DNA from: Felis catus
Lineage: Eukaryota
Reading direction: 5' to 3'
NCBI RefSeq assembly: GCF_018350175.1
Contig: NC_058368.1
Coordinates: 70,806,001-70,870,000, forward strand
DNA length: 64,000 nucleotides
A program made the translations under genes and the position numbers. The notes below the pieces were generated by a model. The model was not told the DNA's origin. It saw only the letters and a list, made by a program, of their open reading frames with translations, and did no database searches. Positions 11,200 through 24,360 of this stretch are shown piece after piece. The first letter of the stretch is position 1. The number at the start of each line of letters is the position of its first letter.

Positions 11200-13509
11200 G
11201 AATATTTCTGTATAAAACCACTGTATCTATATTAACCTAAACCTGAGTTCATACTGCCTCCAACTGTAATCCATTGCCACATGGATCATTCTAGCCTCCT
11301 CCCCTTTGCTTGATTAATAAATTTTCACCACAACAGTTAGAAACCTGGCTCCCATCATCCACCATCCAGTTACTTAATTGTCCAGTTTTAGCATACCCAT
11401 ACAGCAGTATTTGAATTGTTAGGCCATACTCTGGGGGAAAGAACTGTCAACGAAGTACAGTACTTGTGTGCAGTTCCTGTTCCTTTAGTCTTACAGGTGC
11501 CACTCATTTCCACAGTTACTTAGTTCAGGGCCTATTTCTCCCATCCCCTTCAGTGAGGTTGTTTCACACATTTGCAATACAGTTTGAGAGTCCCTTGTCA
11601 TAATCTGCATTATTTCCTACCTCCCACATGAATTTTTTTAAATTGCATATATTAAGGTTCTTTTTGCTATAAAATTCTGTGGATTTTGACAAATGCATAA
11701 TAGCATGTATCTACCATAAGAGTATTATATACAGAATTGTTTTATTTCCCTGAAAATCCCCCTGTGCTTCACCTGTTTGTCCCTCCTGGCTTCTCCCAAA
11801 CTCCTGATCATATTCCTGTCTCTATAGTTTTGCCTTTTCCAGAATGTCATAGAATTGGAATTACATAGTATGCAGTCCCATTAGACTGCATTCTTTCACT
11901 TAGCAATGTTCATTAAGGTTCCTCCCATGTCTTTTTCATGGCTTCTTAACTCATTTTCTTTTACTGCTGAATATTCCATTGTAGAGATGTTTCACAGTCT
12001 GTCCACCTATTGAAGGACATTTTAGTTCTATAAAGGTTTAATAAAGCTACTATAAACATTCTCGTGCAGATTTTCTCTGGGTATAAGTTTTCAAATTAAT
12101 TGGGTGAATACCTAGGAATATGATTGTATGGTAGCTTTGTAAGAAACTACAAACTATCTTCCAAAGTGCCTGTACCATTTTGCATTCCAATCATCAATGG
12201 AAGGATGCTGTACATCCTTGCCAGCATTTAGTATTGTCAGTTGAAAAAACTTGTTTAGTCATGCTAACAGGTGCGTAGTGGTAGCTGTTGTTGGTCTAAT
12301 GTTCGTTTGTTTTAACTTGAAATTCCCTGATGTCAGGTGATGTTGGACATCTTGTCATATGTTTATTTGCCATCTGTGTATCTTCTTTGGTAAGGTGTGT
12401 ATTCTGATCTTCTGCCTACTTCTTAGATTGTTTTCTTATTGTTGAGTTTTAAGTATTTGTTGCATAGTTTAGATATAAGTCTTATAAAAGATATATGTTT
12501 GGCAAATATTTTCTCCCAGTCTGTGACTTGTCTTTTCATTCTCTAATGGTATCTTTGACAGAGCAGAAGTTTTCTTATTTTAATGAAATCATGCTTACTT
12601 TTTCTTTCGTGGATCATGCTTTTGCTGTTATTTTTGAAAACTCATTGCCAAATCCAGAGTCACATAGATTTTCTCCTGTATTTCCTTCTAAAAGTTCTAC
12701 AGTATTATGTTTTATACTTGGGCCTGTGATCTATTTTAAGTTAGTTTTTATAAATAGAAGGTGTTTGTCTAATTTTTTTGGATGTTGATCCAATTGTTCC
12801 ATCCCATTTGTTGAAAAAATTGTCCTTTCTCCATTGAATTGCTTTTGCTCCTTTGTCAAAGGTCAGTTGGCCCTATTTGTGTGGGTCTGTTTCTGGACTC
12901 TTAATTTTGTTATATTGACCTGTGTGTCTGTTCTTTTGCCAATATTATGCTGTCTTTATTACTGTAACTTTATAGTAAGTCTTGAAGTTGGGTAACATCA
13001 GTTCTCCAACTTCAGTTTTCTTTCATATTATGTTCGCTATTCTGAGTCTTTGCCTTTCTGTATAAACTTTAGAATCAGTTTGCTGATATCCACAAAATAG
13101 CTTGCTGAGATGCGATTGGAACTGCATTGAATCTATAGATTAAATTGGGAAGAATTGACATCTTAACAATATTGAGTCTTCCAATCCATGAATATGGACT
13201 ATTTCCCCATTTATTTAAATGTTCTTGATTTCTTTCATCAGAGTTGTATAGTTCTCTGCATACAGGTCTTGTACATGTGTTGTTGGATTTATACCTAAAT
13301 ATTTCATTCTTTGGGTGCTGTTGCAAATGGTATCGTGTTTTAAATTTCAAATTCCAATTGTTCATTGCTAGTTTATAGGAAAGCAATTATCTTTTAAATA
13401 TTAATTTTGTGTCCTGCAGCCTTGTCATAATCACTTATAATTTACATGAGTTATTTTTTGTGAGTCCTTTGGGATTTTGTACATAGATGATCATGTAGTT
13501 CTCAAAAAC

Positions 13510-13700
13510 TTTTTAAAAAATTAATTAATTTTAAGAGAGAGACAGTGTGAGTGGGAGAAAGAGAGAAAGAATCCCAAGCAGGCTTCACTGTGCCAGGTGT
13601 GGAGCCTGATGCAGGGCTTGAACCCACAAACTGTGAGATGATGACCTGAGCTGAAACCAAGAGTCAGACACTTAACCAACTGAGCCACCCAGGCATCCCT
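13510..13700 (-). mobile_element. Can-SINE in L1
   Basis: Antisense SINEC body. Confidence 0.88.
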
Positions 13701-14189
13701 CAAAGACATTTTTATTTCTTCTTTCTCAAGATGTGTGCCTTTTTATTTCCTTTTCTTGTTTTATTGCACTAGCTAGTGGCTCTAATAAGATGTCAATAAG
13801 AGTGATGAGAGGTGGCATTCTTGCCTTGTTCCCAATCTTAGGGAAAGCATCCAGTTTCCCATCATTAATTATGATATAAGCTGTATGTATTTTGTAGATG
13901 TCTTTTATTCCCTATTTGCTGATACTTTTTGTTTTTTATTGTGAATGGGTGTTGGATTTTATCAGGTTCTTTTTCTGCATCAATTGATATGGTTTTCCTT
14001 GTTTAGCCCGTCAATGTGGCAGATTACATTAATTGATTTTTGGATGTTGAACCAGCTTTGTATCCCTGGAATAAATTCTATTTGGTCATAGTGTATAATT
14101 CTTTTTATACATTTTTGGATTTGATCTGCAGATATTTTGTTAGGGGTTTTCTATCTATGTTCATGAGAGATATTGGTCTGTAATTTTCC

Positions 14190-14403
14190 TTTTTTGTACT
14201 GTGTGTGTGTGTGTGTGTGTGTGTGTTTTGGGGGGGTGGGGAGAGAATGCAGGTGTGAGTAGGGGAGAGGCAGAGGAAGAAAGAGAGAGGAAATCTTAAG
14301 CAGGCTCTATGCCCAGCATGGAGCCTGGCACAGAGCTTGATCTCACAACCTAGGCCAAAATCAAGAGTTGGTTGCTTAACCCAGTGAGCCACCCAAGCGC
14401 CCC
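14190..14403 (-). mobile_element. Can-SINE with a (TG)n tail region
   Basis: Antisense SINEC body. Confidence 0.85.
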
Positions 14404-14659
14404 TGTAGTGTGTTTATTGGTATTGGTTTCTGTGTATCTCATGACTTTTTTGTTTCTCTATTCCTTCTTTACTGCTTTCTTTTGCACTAAGTGAATACTT
14501 TGTAATGTTTTAATATTTTAAATTTCTTTAATGATTTTTAACTACTTTTTTACTTTTTAAATTGGAGTATAGTTGACACAGTTTTTTTTTTTTTAATACT
14601 GTTTTTAAAGAGATTTTTTAGTGGTTACTCTAGGGCTTACCATGTACATTTTTGAAAAG

Positions 14660-15040
14660 AATTGTGGTAAAATAAAATACATGTAACATAAGCTTTGTCA
14701 TTTTAACCATTCTAAGTATACAGTTTAGTGGCATTGCCACATTCACACTGTTGTGCAACCATTACCACTATCCACATTTTTTTCCTCACTCCAAACAGAA
14801 ACTCTGTACTCATGAAGCAATAATTCCTTCTCTATCACCTGGTAGTCCCTAGTCTACTTTCTGTGTTTCTGAATTTGCTTATTTTAGATATGTAAGTGGG
14901 ATCATATAATTTACATTCTTTTGTTTCTGGCTTATCTCACTTTGCATAATGTTTTCAAGAATCATTCATGTTGTAGTATGTATGAGAACTGAATTCCTTT
15001 TTATGGCTGGCTAATATTCCATCGTAAGTATATCACCATA
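14660..15040 (-). mobile_element. L1MB-like 3' end nested in the older L1
   Basis: attgtggtaaaat...cacattcacactgttgtgcaaccattaccac. Confidence 0.75.
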
Positions 15041-15169
15041 TACATATTAACTTATAAGAATCTACTTTTGATTTATACTAGATTCCAGAAGAGAAATGTT
15101 ACTTCTATATAGTTCTATTTCCTTTTCTTCTTTTTTGTGGTATTATAGTTATACATATTATATTTATTT

Positions 15170-15779
15170 CTTTTTTCTTTTTTTTTTTTTAGTGTTTTTA
15201 ATTTATTTTTGAGAGAGAGTGTGTGTGTGAGTGGAGGGGGGCAGAGAGAGAGGGAGACACAGAATCTGAAGCAGGCTACAGGCTCCGAGCTATCTGCACA
15301 GAGCCTGATACGGGGTCCAAACTCACCGACTGCAAGATCATGCATGACCTGAGCCAAAGTTAGACGCTCAACCAACACCACCCAGGTGCCCCACATATTA
15401 TATGTTACAAACCCAGTATACATTGTTGTAGTTTTACTTATTTTATGTCTTTTAATTGATTAAAAAAAACTTTTTAAATGTTTTATGTTTGAGAGTGAGA
15501 GAGCGTGAGTAGGGGTGGGGCAGAGAGAGAGGGAGACACAGAATCTGAAGCAAGTTCCAGGCTCTGAGCTGTCAGTAACAGAGCCCCACACAGGGCTCGA
15601 ACCCATGAACTGTGAGATCATGATCTGAGCCAAAATCGGATGCTCGACTGACTGAGCCACCCAGCCGTCCCTTAATTGATTAATTTTCAAAGAAAGCTCC
15701 ATGCCCAATGTGGGGCTTGAGCTCATGATCCTGAGGTAAAGGGTCGCATGCTCTACTGACTGAACCAGCCAAGCACCCC
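15170..15779 (-). mobile_element. Three antisense Can-SINEs (15170-15391, 15460-15671, 15680-15779)
   Basis: SINEC bodies; TSDs TTAATTGATTAA and ATTTTATGTCTTTTA. Confidence 0.85.
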
Positions 15780-16231
15780 AATTTTATGTCTTTTAAACTT
15801 AGAGAAGGAGACACAAGTTCACAGACACAAGTTCACAGACACACACACACACACACACACACACATTTTGTAGTATTTGTTATACTTACTTTCTTATTTA
15901 CTAGTTCTGGTTTTCATTTGTTCCTATAGAGTTGAGTCACCATCTGGTGCCATTTTTTAACACAGTACATCTTTGTTCTCACCTCCTTTGTGTTGTTATT
16001 GGTAAATATACTACATTTCTATATGTTACTGGCCTGACAACACAATTATATAATATTCTTTTATATAGTTGCTTTTTAAATTAGACAAGAGAAGAAAGGA
16101 GCAGGAATGTGCATTTATCCTTAATTACTTTATTACTATTTGTGTATGTGTGTGTATGGATTTGATCTGTCTGGGATCACTTTCAGCCTGAAGAACTCTC
16201 TTTAGTATGTCTTTAAAGTTCTTAAAAAAAA

Positions 16232-16627
16232 ATTTTTTTTTAACGTTTATTTATTTTTGAGACAGAGAGAGACAGAGCATGAACGGGGGAGGGTCAGAGA
16301 GAGGGAGACACAGAATCCGAAACAGGTTCCAGGCTCCAAGCTGTCAGCACAGAGCCCGACGCGGGGCTCGAACTCACAGACCGCGAGATCATGACCTGAG
16401 CCGAAGTCGGCAGCTCAACCGACTGAGCCACCCAGGCGCCCCTAAAATTCTTTTAAGTTTATTTATTTATTTTGAGAGAGGGAGAGCAAGTGGGGTAGGG
16501 GCAGAGAGACAATCCCAAGCAGGCTCCACACTGTCAGTGCAGAGCCCCATGCAGGGCTCAAACTCACAAACCGTGAGATCATGACCTGAGCCTAAATCAG
16601 GAGTCAGACTGACCACCCAGGTGCCCC
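16232..16627 (-). mobile_element. Two tandem antisense Can-SINEs (16232-16443 young; 16445-16627)
   Basis: Two SINEC bodies back to back. Confidence 0.9.
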
Positions 16628-16691
16628 TCTTTAATATTTCTTGTAAGGTGGGTCTGCTAGCAATAGCCCTACACGTGTGTGTGGCCTTTCA

Positions 16692-17038
16692 AACCCTCTC
16701 CTTTCTCCCTTTTTAGTTCAGTCCCTGCGGCTGTTTCCACTTTCTCTCCAGCTGCTTTTGGGGGGGGGGGTGCTTTTCCTCGTACTCTCCCCCCCACCCT
16801 CATTCTGTCTCCCCACGCAAAAACAGTTCCCTGCCCTCCATAGCTTTTCTCTCCCCCAGTTCGCCTCTCTGCGCTGCGTACCTGCTGAATTCTGTGGTTC
16901 TGGTTGTGCAGATTGTTGTGTTAATCCTCAGATCACTTGTCTAGGTGTGCAGGATGGTTTAGTGTTGGTCTGGCTGTATTTCATGGACGCAAGACACAAA
17001 GATAACTTCCATGCCGTTCCACCATCTTGGCTCCTCCC
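16692..17038 (-). mobile_element. Carnivore L1 5'UTR-only insertion with a 16-bp TSD
   Basis: The minus strand starts GGGAGGAGCCAAGATGG (L1 5' end with YY1 site). Flanked by perfect TGTGTGTGGCCTTTCA repeats at 16676-16691 and 17039-17054. No poly(A). Confidence 0.8.
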
Positions 17039-17126
17039 TGTGTGTGGCCTTTCAGAAGCCCAGGAAAAGGTCAGAGCTTTTCAAAGTTGATGGATATCTC
17101 ATTTTCCAGCTTTTTCATTAAAGCTT

Positions 17127-18518
17127 TATTTAAGGTATACAAGTATACAGCTTTATTTAAGATTTTATTTTTAAGTCATCGCTACACCCAGCTTGGGGCT
17201 TGAACCCACAACCTCGAGATTAAGAGTTGCGTGTTCTGCCGACTAAGCCAGCCAGGTGCCCAGGTGTACAGTTTTATAATTTAACATCTGCGTACACTAC
17301 GAAGTGATTACCACCACAAGTCTAGTTACCATCCTTCACCATACTGTTGACCCTCTTTACCCATTTTGCCCACCAGGCCCCCAACCCTGTTAACCCTCTG
17401 GTAACCATTAGTCTGTTCTCTGTATCTGAGATTATTTTTATTTTGTTTGTTCATTTCATTTTTTTTTTTTTTTTAAGATTCTACATGTAACATCATATGG
17501 TATTTGTATGGTATTTGCTCTTCTCCATCTGACTTACTTTGCTTGAATACCCTCAAGATCCAAACATGTTGCAGATGGCAAGATTTCATTCTTTTTTGTG
17601 GCTGAGTAGTATTTCATTGTATAAATATACCACATCTTTATCCATTCATCTGTTGATGGACATTTTGTTTCCGTATATTGGCTATTGTAAACAGTACTGC
17701 AGTGAACATAACAATAAACAGGAGAGCATATATCTTTTTAGTGAAAGTTTTCCTATTACCTGGAGGTAGAAGAGTTGGGTCATAGGGTAGTTCTATTCTT
17801 AATTTTTTGAGGAAACTCCAAATTGTTTTACATAGTGGCTGCTCCAGTTTACAATCCCAGCAACAGTGTGTGAGGGTTCCCTTTTCTCTGCACCCTCTCC
17901 AACACTTGTTATTTTTCGTCTTTTTGGTAATAGCCATTTTTACAGGGGTTAGGTAATATCTTATTTTGGTTTTTATTTGCATATCCCTAATAATTATTGA
18001 TGTTGAGCATCTTTTTCATTTGCCTGTTGGCCATCTCTATGTATTCTTTGGAGAAATGTCTATTCAGATCTTCTCCCCATTTCATAATCAGGTTGTTGTT
18101 GAGTTGTATGAATTCCTTTTGTATATTTTGGATATTCACCCCTTATTGGATATGTGGTTTGCAAATATTTTCTCCCATTCAGTGGGTTGACTTTTCATTT
18201 TCCTGTTAATTTCTTTTGCTGTACAGAAGCTTTTTTCTTTGATGAGGTCCCATTTGTTTACTTTTACTTTTGTTTTTCTTGCCTTTGAAGTCAGATCCAC
18301 AAAGACATTGCTAAGACTGATGTCAAGGACTTTACTGCTTATGTTTCTTCTAGGAGTTTTATGGTTTCAGGTCTTACATTCTAGTTTTTAATCCATTTTG
18401 AGTTAATTTTTGTGTATGGTGTAATATAGTGGTCTGTATTCTTGTGCATGTAGCTATCCAGTTTCCCCAACACTATTTATTGAAGAGACTGTTCTTTCTC
18501 CATTGTATATTCTTGGCT
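17127..18518 (-). mobile_element. 5'-truncated L1 (L1MA/L1_Carn-like) containing a short SINE at ~17155-17262
   Basis: ORF2 C-terminus [17 protein letters not shown]...[11 protein letters not shown]...ELPYDP; degenerate TSD CCAGCTTTT..AAGCTTT. Confidence 0.85.
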
Positions 18519-19095
18519 CCAGCTTTTCCTTTTAAGCTTTTTGGTTAGCCTGTCGTTTGCCCTGTTATCCAGCATCTCAGGTAGTGATGATATTAAATAA
18601 TTGCTTCTGATTGTTTTGACAAACGCCCTCAGGGAGAATGCTGTTCCCACTGTTCAGGCTCTAAGCCAGGTGAGCCCTGCAAATGGAGTCTTCCAGGGAG
18701 CTACCAGGTGGCGGTTCTCTGTGTGTGGTGCTTTCAAAGACCTCCCACCCTACCCTGTCCCCTCCGGTGGCTGCCAGACTGCTGGTTTTCACAAGGATTA
18801 TGACTGTTGGTTTTTAAGGCTACCACCGAACTGGGGAGAGGGCGTGGGTAAGTTAAAAAAACAACAATAACAAAAACCCACATGGTTTGCTGTTCTTAAC
18901 TGAGATTCATCCGTGTTTCTTGAATAAATGCTCCCAGATTGCTGCAGGCCTTTGGTTAATGTCTAGAATTCTAAAAAAGTTGATTCTGACTGCCAATATT
19001 CTCATTGTTATTGTAGAGGATTAGGTTTTTGAAGTTCCTTTCTCTGCAATTTTGCGGGTCACCCCTGCTTAGAATTTTGATCAAGAATTTGAGTT

Positions 19096-19267
19096 GGGGT
19101 GCCCAGGTGGCTCAGTTAGTTGAGCATCTGGCTCTTGATTTCGGCTCAGGTCATGATCTCATGGTTTATGGGATTGAGCCCCATGTCGAGCTCTGTGCTG
19201 ACAGTGTGGAGCCTGCTTGGGATTCTCTGTATCCCTCTCTCTCTGCCCCTCCCCTGCACACGCGCGT

Positions 19268-19302
<35 letters not shown>

Positions 19303-19325
19303 ATAAGTAAAATAAACTTAAAAAG
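19096..19325 (+). mobile_element. Can-SINE
   Basis: SINEC body, (CT)n, A tail. Confidence 0.9.
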
Positions 19326-19424
19326 AATGGATTTGAATTTATAAAATGTTTTTTCAGTATCTGTTGTGATCATGTGGCTTTTCTTCTTAAGTATGTTAAT
19401 ATGATGAATCAGATTGATTAGTTA

Positions 19425-19648
19425 AAAAAATTTTTTTTAATGTTTATTTATTTTTGAGAGAGAGAGACAGAGACAGAGCATGAGTGGGGGAGGAGCAGAG
19501 AGAGGGGAAACACAGAAGCTGAGGCAGGCTCCAGGCTCTGAGCCATCAGCCCAGAGCTGGATGTGGGGCTCAAACTCAAAAACCATGAGATCATGATCTG
19601 AGCTGAAATAGAGTTGGACACTTAACCAAATGAGCTCCCAGGTGCCCT
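19425..19648 (-). mobile_element. Can-SINE
   Basis: Antisense SINEC body. Confidence 0.9.
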
Positions 19649-19792
19649 GAAGTGTTATTTTGAAATATTTATTGGCATCATTAGAAATTGACTTTACTTG
19701 CCCAAGTGCGTGGTGAGAAGCTAAAAGGAGATGCTGTAAACAAATATGTTTTGGGTTGTAAGGCAGAAAGTAATGTTAAGTGGTCCGGGAGG

Positions 19793-19900
19793 CAGGGGAT
19801 CAACCATCTCAACTTTCCCAGGACATTCCTGGTTTTAGCACCAAAAGTCCCACATTCCAGGAAACCTGTTTCAGGCAAAGCAGGATAGTTATTCACTCTA
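19793..19900. mobile_element. MER81-like hAT-Blackjack MITE
   Basis: caaccatctcaactttcccaggacattcctggttttagcaccaaaagtcccacat...ggatagttattcactcta resembles recalled MER81. Confidence 0.6.
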
Positions 19901-19921
19901 GAGATAGAGAAGTGAAGGGCT

Positions 19922-20087
19922 GGGACACCTGTGTGTCTCAGTCGGTTGTGTCCGACTTTGGCTCAGGTCATGATCTCATGGTTCATGGGTTTGAACCCCA
20001 CATTGGGCTCTGTGCTGACAGCTCAGAGCCTGGGGCCTGCTTCAGATTCTGTGTCTCCATCTTTCTCTGCCCCTTCCCTGCTTGTGC

Positions 20088-20127
<40 letters not shown>

Positions 20128-20152
20128 AAAAATAAATAAACATTAAAAAAAA
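19922..20152 (+). mobile_element. Can-SINE
   Basis: SINEC body; TSD AGAGAAGTGAAGGGCTG. Confidence 0.9.
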
Positions 20153-23129
20153 AGGGGGTGGGGAGTGAGAGAGAGAGAAGTGAAGGGCTGTAGGATGAAA
20201 TGAAGATGACCTAAGATGGTAGACCAGGGCCTTTGTTAAGAGGCTGAAGAGAAGAGAAAGAGGGAGGAGACTCTGAGGATGTAGGAAATACCATGACGGG
20301 GTACATAGACCAGGAGTAGCCTGGGGGCAGGGAACATGTCCTCGGGCTGGACGGAGAAGTTGGTGGGAAATGAGGTATCTCAGAGAAAAACTAGTGGGCA
20401 ACAGTCAAGCTGGTGAGTAAGAACTAAAAGTGGTAGCTGGGCCTGAATCGGAAGATGCACATGTCCATGGGTGGTACCTCCTGGAGAAGATATCCCTGCA
20501 AAGGGAAACTCCCAGCAAGGTACTGTTTGCCAAAACAAGGCTGTGCCACGTCTACTAAATAGCATAGCCTTTGCTTGTGGATCTGTCTATTCCAGCGTGT
20601 AGTGCTTCAGCTCTCATTGTACTGTTTCCCTGTCATAGAGTTTTGCTGTGAACTAGAACCATCTGTGTGGGTACAGGCCAGGAGGAAGAACATTGGGTAA
20701 CCTAAATGGTTTCTGTGGTAAAGGCCAGCAGGTAGGTAGGAAAGGCCAGGACCTGAAGATGAATTCTGACTAAACAACCGTTACCCTATACCCCCTTCCC
20801 CCCATGGGCCCATAGCGGAGTTGAGGACAATTTTACCACATGTGCTTTTCTCTACTCCCCAGACTGTGGCCACCAAAGTCTTTGCCCTCTCAAGGAACTG
20901 TCCTGAGTGCCCCTGTCTTGCAGAATGTTTGAGTGACATATGCACTTTACTATTCTAGAAATACTCCATGTGGTGTGTTGAGGATAGGGTATTCTCTGAA
21001 GTTACTTACATATGAGACTTAGAAAGTGAACACATATGCTTGGTTGTGGATGAGCCTGGGGGAAGACATCATACATAGTGAAATCACATCCACAGAGTGG
21101 CTGACACGGCTCAGCATTGGTACTTTCCTGAAGTGACTGTTTTCTCCAGTTAGGGCTTTACAGCAGCCAATGTCTGATTGATGTAATTTCTGAGAACAGC
21201 CTTTGGTCAGTTTCCTTAACTGGGTGTTGTGGTGGCTGCTCTATAGGAGCTGCTATTTTATGCGTGACTCCCTGTGAGGAAGTCCGCTAAAATTTTAGGT
21301 ACATGTGGCTAAAATTTTAGGGAGGCAGGGAGAAGAAAGCTGGGCTCCTTGGGGAGTGGTTATTGATGGGTTTGATGACTGTTCTTAAGATTGGAAGAGT
21401 TGTTAATTGTAAAAACAATATGCTTTCGTGCCCCTGAGTGCAACTGGAGCTGTGTTCTATTGATACATTTGACTTCTTTATTCCTCTACACATTGCTCAT
21501 GATGGCAACAGTTTCAGAATTTTATTAGTTAATAAAAAGATCAAAGAAATAACGTTTATGTTTTCATATAGGTCACTGGGTATGAATTTAAATCCATTGT
21601 AATTCAAACAGGTTTAATTTATTTCATGTTGTTAACTTGAATGTTTTATCGCATATCAATTAAATAACTCACTTGAATGATGTAGATAATAAATGGGCTC
21701 AAGAATTGAGATTTATTCCTTCCTTCCTTCTCTTCCCCTTTCTTTTCTTTCTCTCCTTTTCCACATCTTCCTTCCCTTCCTTCCATAAACCAAGTTTAAG
21801 GTGGCTTTTTATTTAGTTGCTTTGATTTTATATTTTGGTTAAGTTTTAGGATGTTTACTAATCTTGGAGCATTGATGTATGCTACTGTTCCTTGACTCTG
21901 TCACATATATATTTGGGTGTATATAATTCCAGCTATTCATTTAAACTATTTCCAAGTTTTCTGCCTCGGGAAATGCAGAGATAATGTCCCTATACCCAAA
22001 TCTCTGTGGCAACTCTTACTCATGTACTTAGAGGTGAATTTCTGTATGTGAACTTGCTGGTTCAAAGACTATGGACATTTTAAGCTCTTTGATGCTTGTT
22101 TTCAGATCATCCTCCAGAAAGGGTGAGATACCTGGATTGCATTATGCCCTTTGGAGGCTCATCTGCCCAATTTCCTCGCCATCTGCAGGCCTGTGCACAG
22201 TAAAGTAAGCAAGACTGTCACAGTCGTCAGCATCTGGCCTAGAAAGAACCCCATCCTCTGGCTGTCAGTCAGGGCCAGCTTTTCTCTCTGTGGCCTCAGC
22301 TGTCACACTGACCTTGCTTGTAGGTGGTTCTGGAAACAGCTATGGAATTTTACTCCTTTTGCAAGTTCTCTTTTGAACTACACCATAGGTAATGTTTTCC
22401 TCTTAGTTGGCCTTTTGAGATTGGCAGAGGTGCCTGATTTTATAATAAAGGATTCAAAGTAAATATCTGTGAGAAAGTAAAAATTCTATTTTAATAGGAT
22501 GCTAGTATGGGCATGTCTTACTTACCTGTTCCCCTTCACTGTGTTCTGGCCAAGAAGGTAGAGTGCTCTGTAAGTATTTGCAGGACACTTTTCAAATATG
22601 AATATTCGGAACATGTAAATACTGGAAAATTTAGAAGACACTTCCTACTTTATTGCCCTACTTGGCCACCTTCAGTAAAATTAGGGTCACAGTTCAGTGG
22701 TAGAATGTGTTCACTGTTTAACTGAAAGTTCTACATTGGTAAAAAATTGAATTAAAAAAGAGACTCTGTGAACCTTTTGAAAGTTTATATGATTAAAAAT
22801 ACCATTGTACATGTATACATTGTACCACTTTACAAGTAGTGCAGGCTCATTTTAAAGCACACTTGTGTTCTTATTTAATGTCACAGTATTGTTTGTGAGA
22901 AAGATGATATGTCCTTAATATACATATCAAAGACAATATGTATTTATTTCTTGGCCAAATACAAAAGTTTAAGAAATCAAAAACAAAAAATCTGTGCCAA
23001 ATGCGGTTTTCACACAGAGGCACTGGAGGGCGCTCTAGCAATGAGAGATATAAATTGTCTCCTTACAAACATGCCTCTTTGGAAAAGATACGGAAGTTGG
23101 TTTTCCTGTCACTTTAAAAAACAATTGTT

Positions 23130-23445
23130 TTTATTTTTATTTACTTTAATATTTTTTTGCTTTTGAGCAAATAAAGAGAAGACAGAGCGTGAGCCAAGGG
23201 AGGGGCAGAGAGTGAGACACAGAATCTGAAGCAGGCTCCAGGCTCCAAGCTGTCAGCACACAGCCCGACCAGGAGAACCATGAGATCGTGACCTGAGCCA
23301 AATTCGGACACTTAACCGACTGAACCAGCAAGGCACCCCTTAATTAATTTTTTTAATTAAGTAATCTCTGTGCCTAGCAAGGGACTCAAACTCACAACCC
23401 TGAGATCAAGAGAAATATGCTTTACCGACCGAGTCAGCCAGGTCC
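23130..23445 (-). mobile_element. Can-SINE plus short Can-SINE
   Basis: Two adjacent antisense SINE bodies. Confidence 0.85.
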
Positions 23446-23909
23446 TTTCTATCACTTTTTAAGTCAAATGAAAAACACATAGATGGCAGAGGAAATACTT
23501 CTATACTGACCTTTTCCCTTGAAAGGTTTATAAGGAACTTAAGCGGATCTGTGCCCCACGGCACCTTATTACTTCCAGGCAGACTGGCCTCCTTACCACC
23601 TATACAACATAGCAACTTCCCCCCAACTATTTCCACACTCTCCTCCCTCTCACTCTACCTGATGTTTTTTCCATTGCATTCATTTCCACTTGACATAATG
23701 TATGTTTGTCTGTTTATTGCCTGTCTTCACCCCATCCCCCATGCAGCTATTCATAAGAGCAGACGCTTGTTCTGTTTATCCCATTGCTATATACCCCAGC
23801 CCTAAAACAGTACTTAGCACATAGTAAGTGCCCAGTATAAGTTTGCCAAATAAAAAAAGAACATTTAGGAAGTGAAGTATTTGAGACAGTGTTTCTGGAA
23901 ATTTGTGCC

Positions 23910-24360
23910 TTTTTTTTTTTTATTGTGGTAAAATATATATAACATAAATTTATCATTTTAACCATTTTTAAGTTCATGGTTCAGTGGCATTAAGTTCACT
24001 CACATTTTTGTACAACCATCACTACTGTCTATCTCCGGAACTATATCATCATCTCGAACTGAAACTCGTACCCACTATAGAATAACTCTCCATTGTCTCC
24101 TGTCCCAAATCCCTATTCTCCATTTCTGTTTCTATGAATTTGACTATTCTATATTCTCACATAAGTGGAGTCATGCAATATTTGTCTTTTGTGTCTGGCA
24201 TATTTCACTTAGAATAATGTCAATATCCATGTTGCAGCATGTGTTAGAGTTTGCTTCCCTTTTCAGGCTGAATAATATTTTATTACATGTAAATACCACA
24301 TTTCGTTTATTCATTCATCCATCAATGGACATTTGAATTGTTTTCATCCTTTAACTATTG
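23910..24360 (-). mobile_element. L1MB-like 3' end
   Basis: Poly-T followed by attgtggtaaaatatatataacataaatttatc. Confidence 0.8.

Larger units (their letters stand above)
11050..19065 (-). mobile_element. Ancient, internally deleted L1M (L1MC-like) with many nested insertions
   Basis: 3'UTR at ~11050-12000; ORF2 remnants [36 protein letters not shown] (13075-13386) and KKENYRPISLMNID (~14150); ORF1-end and 5'UTR-like sequence out to ~19065. Confidence 0.75.
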
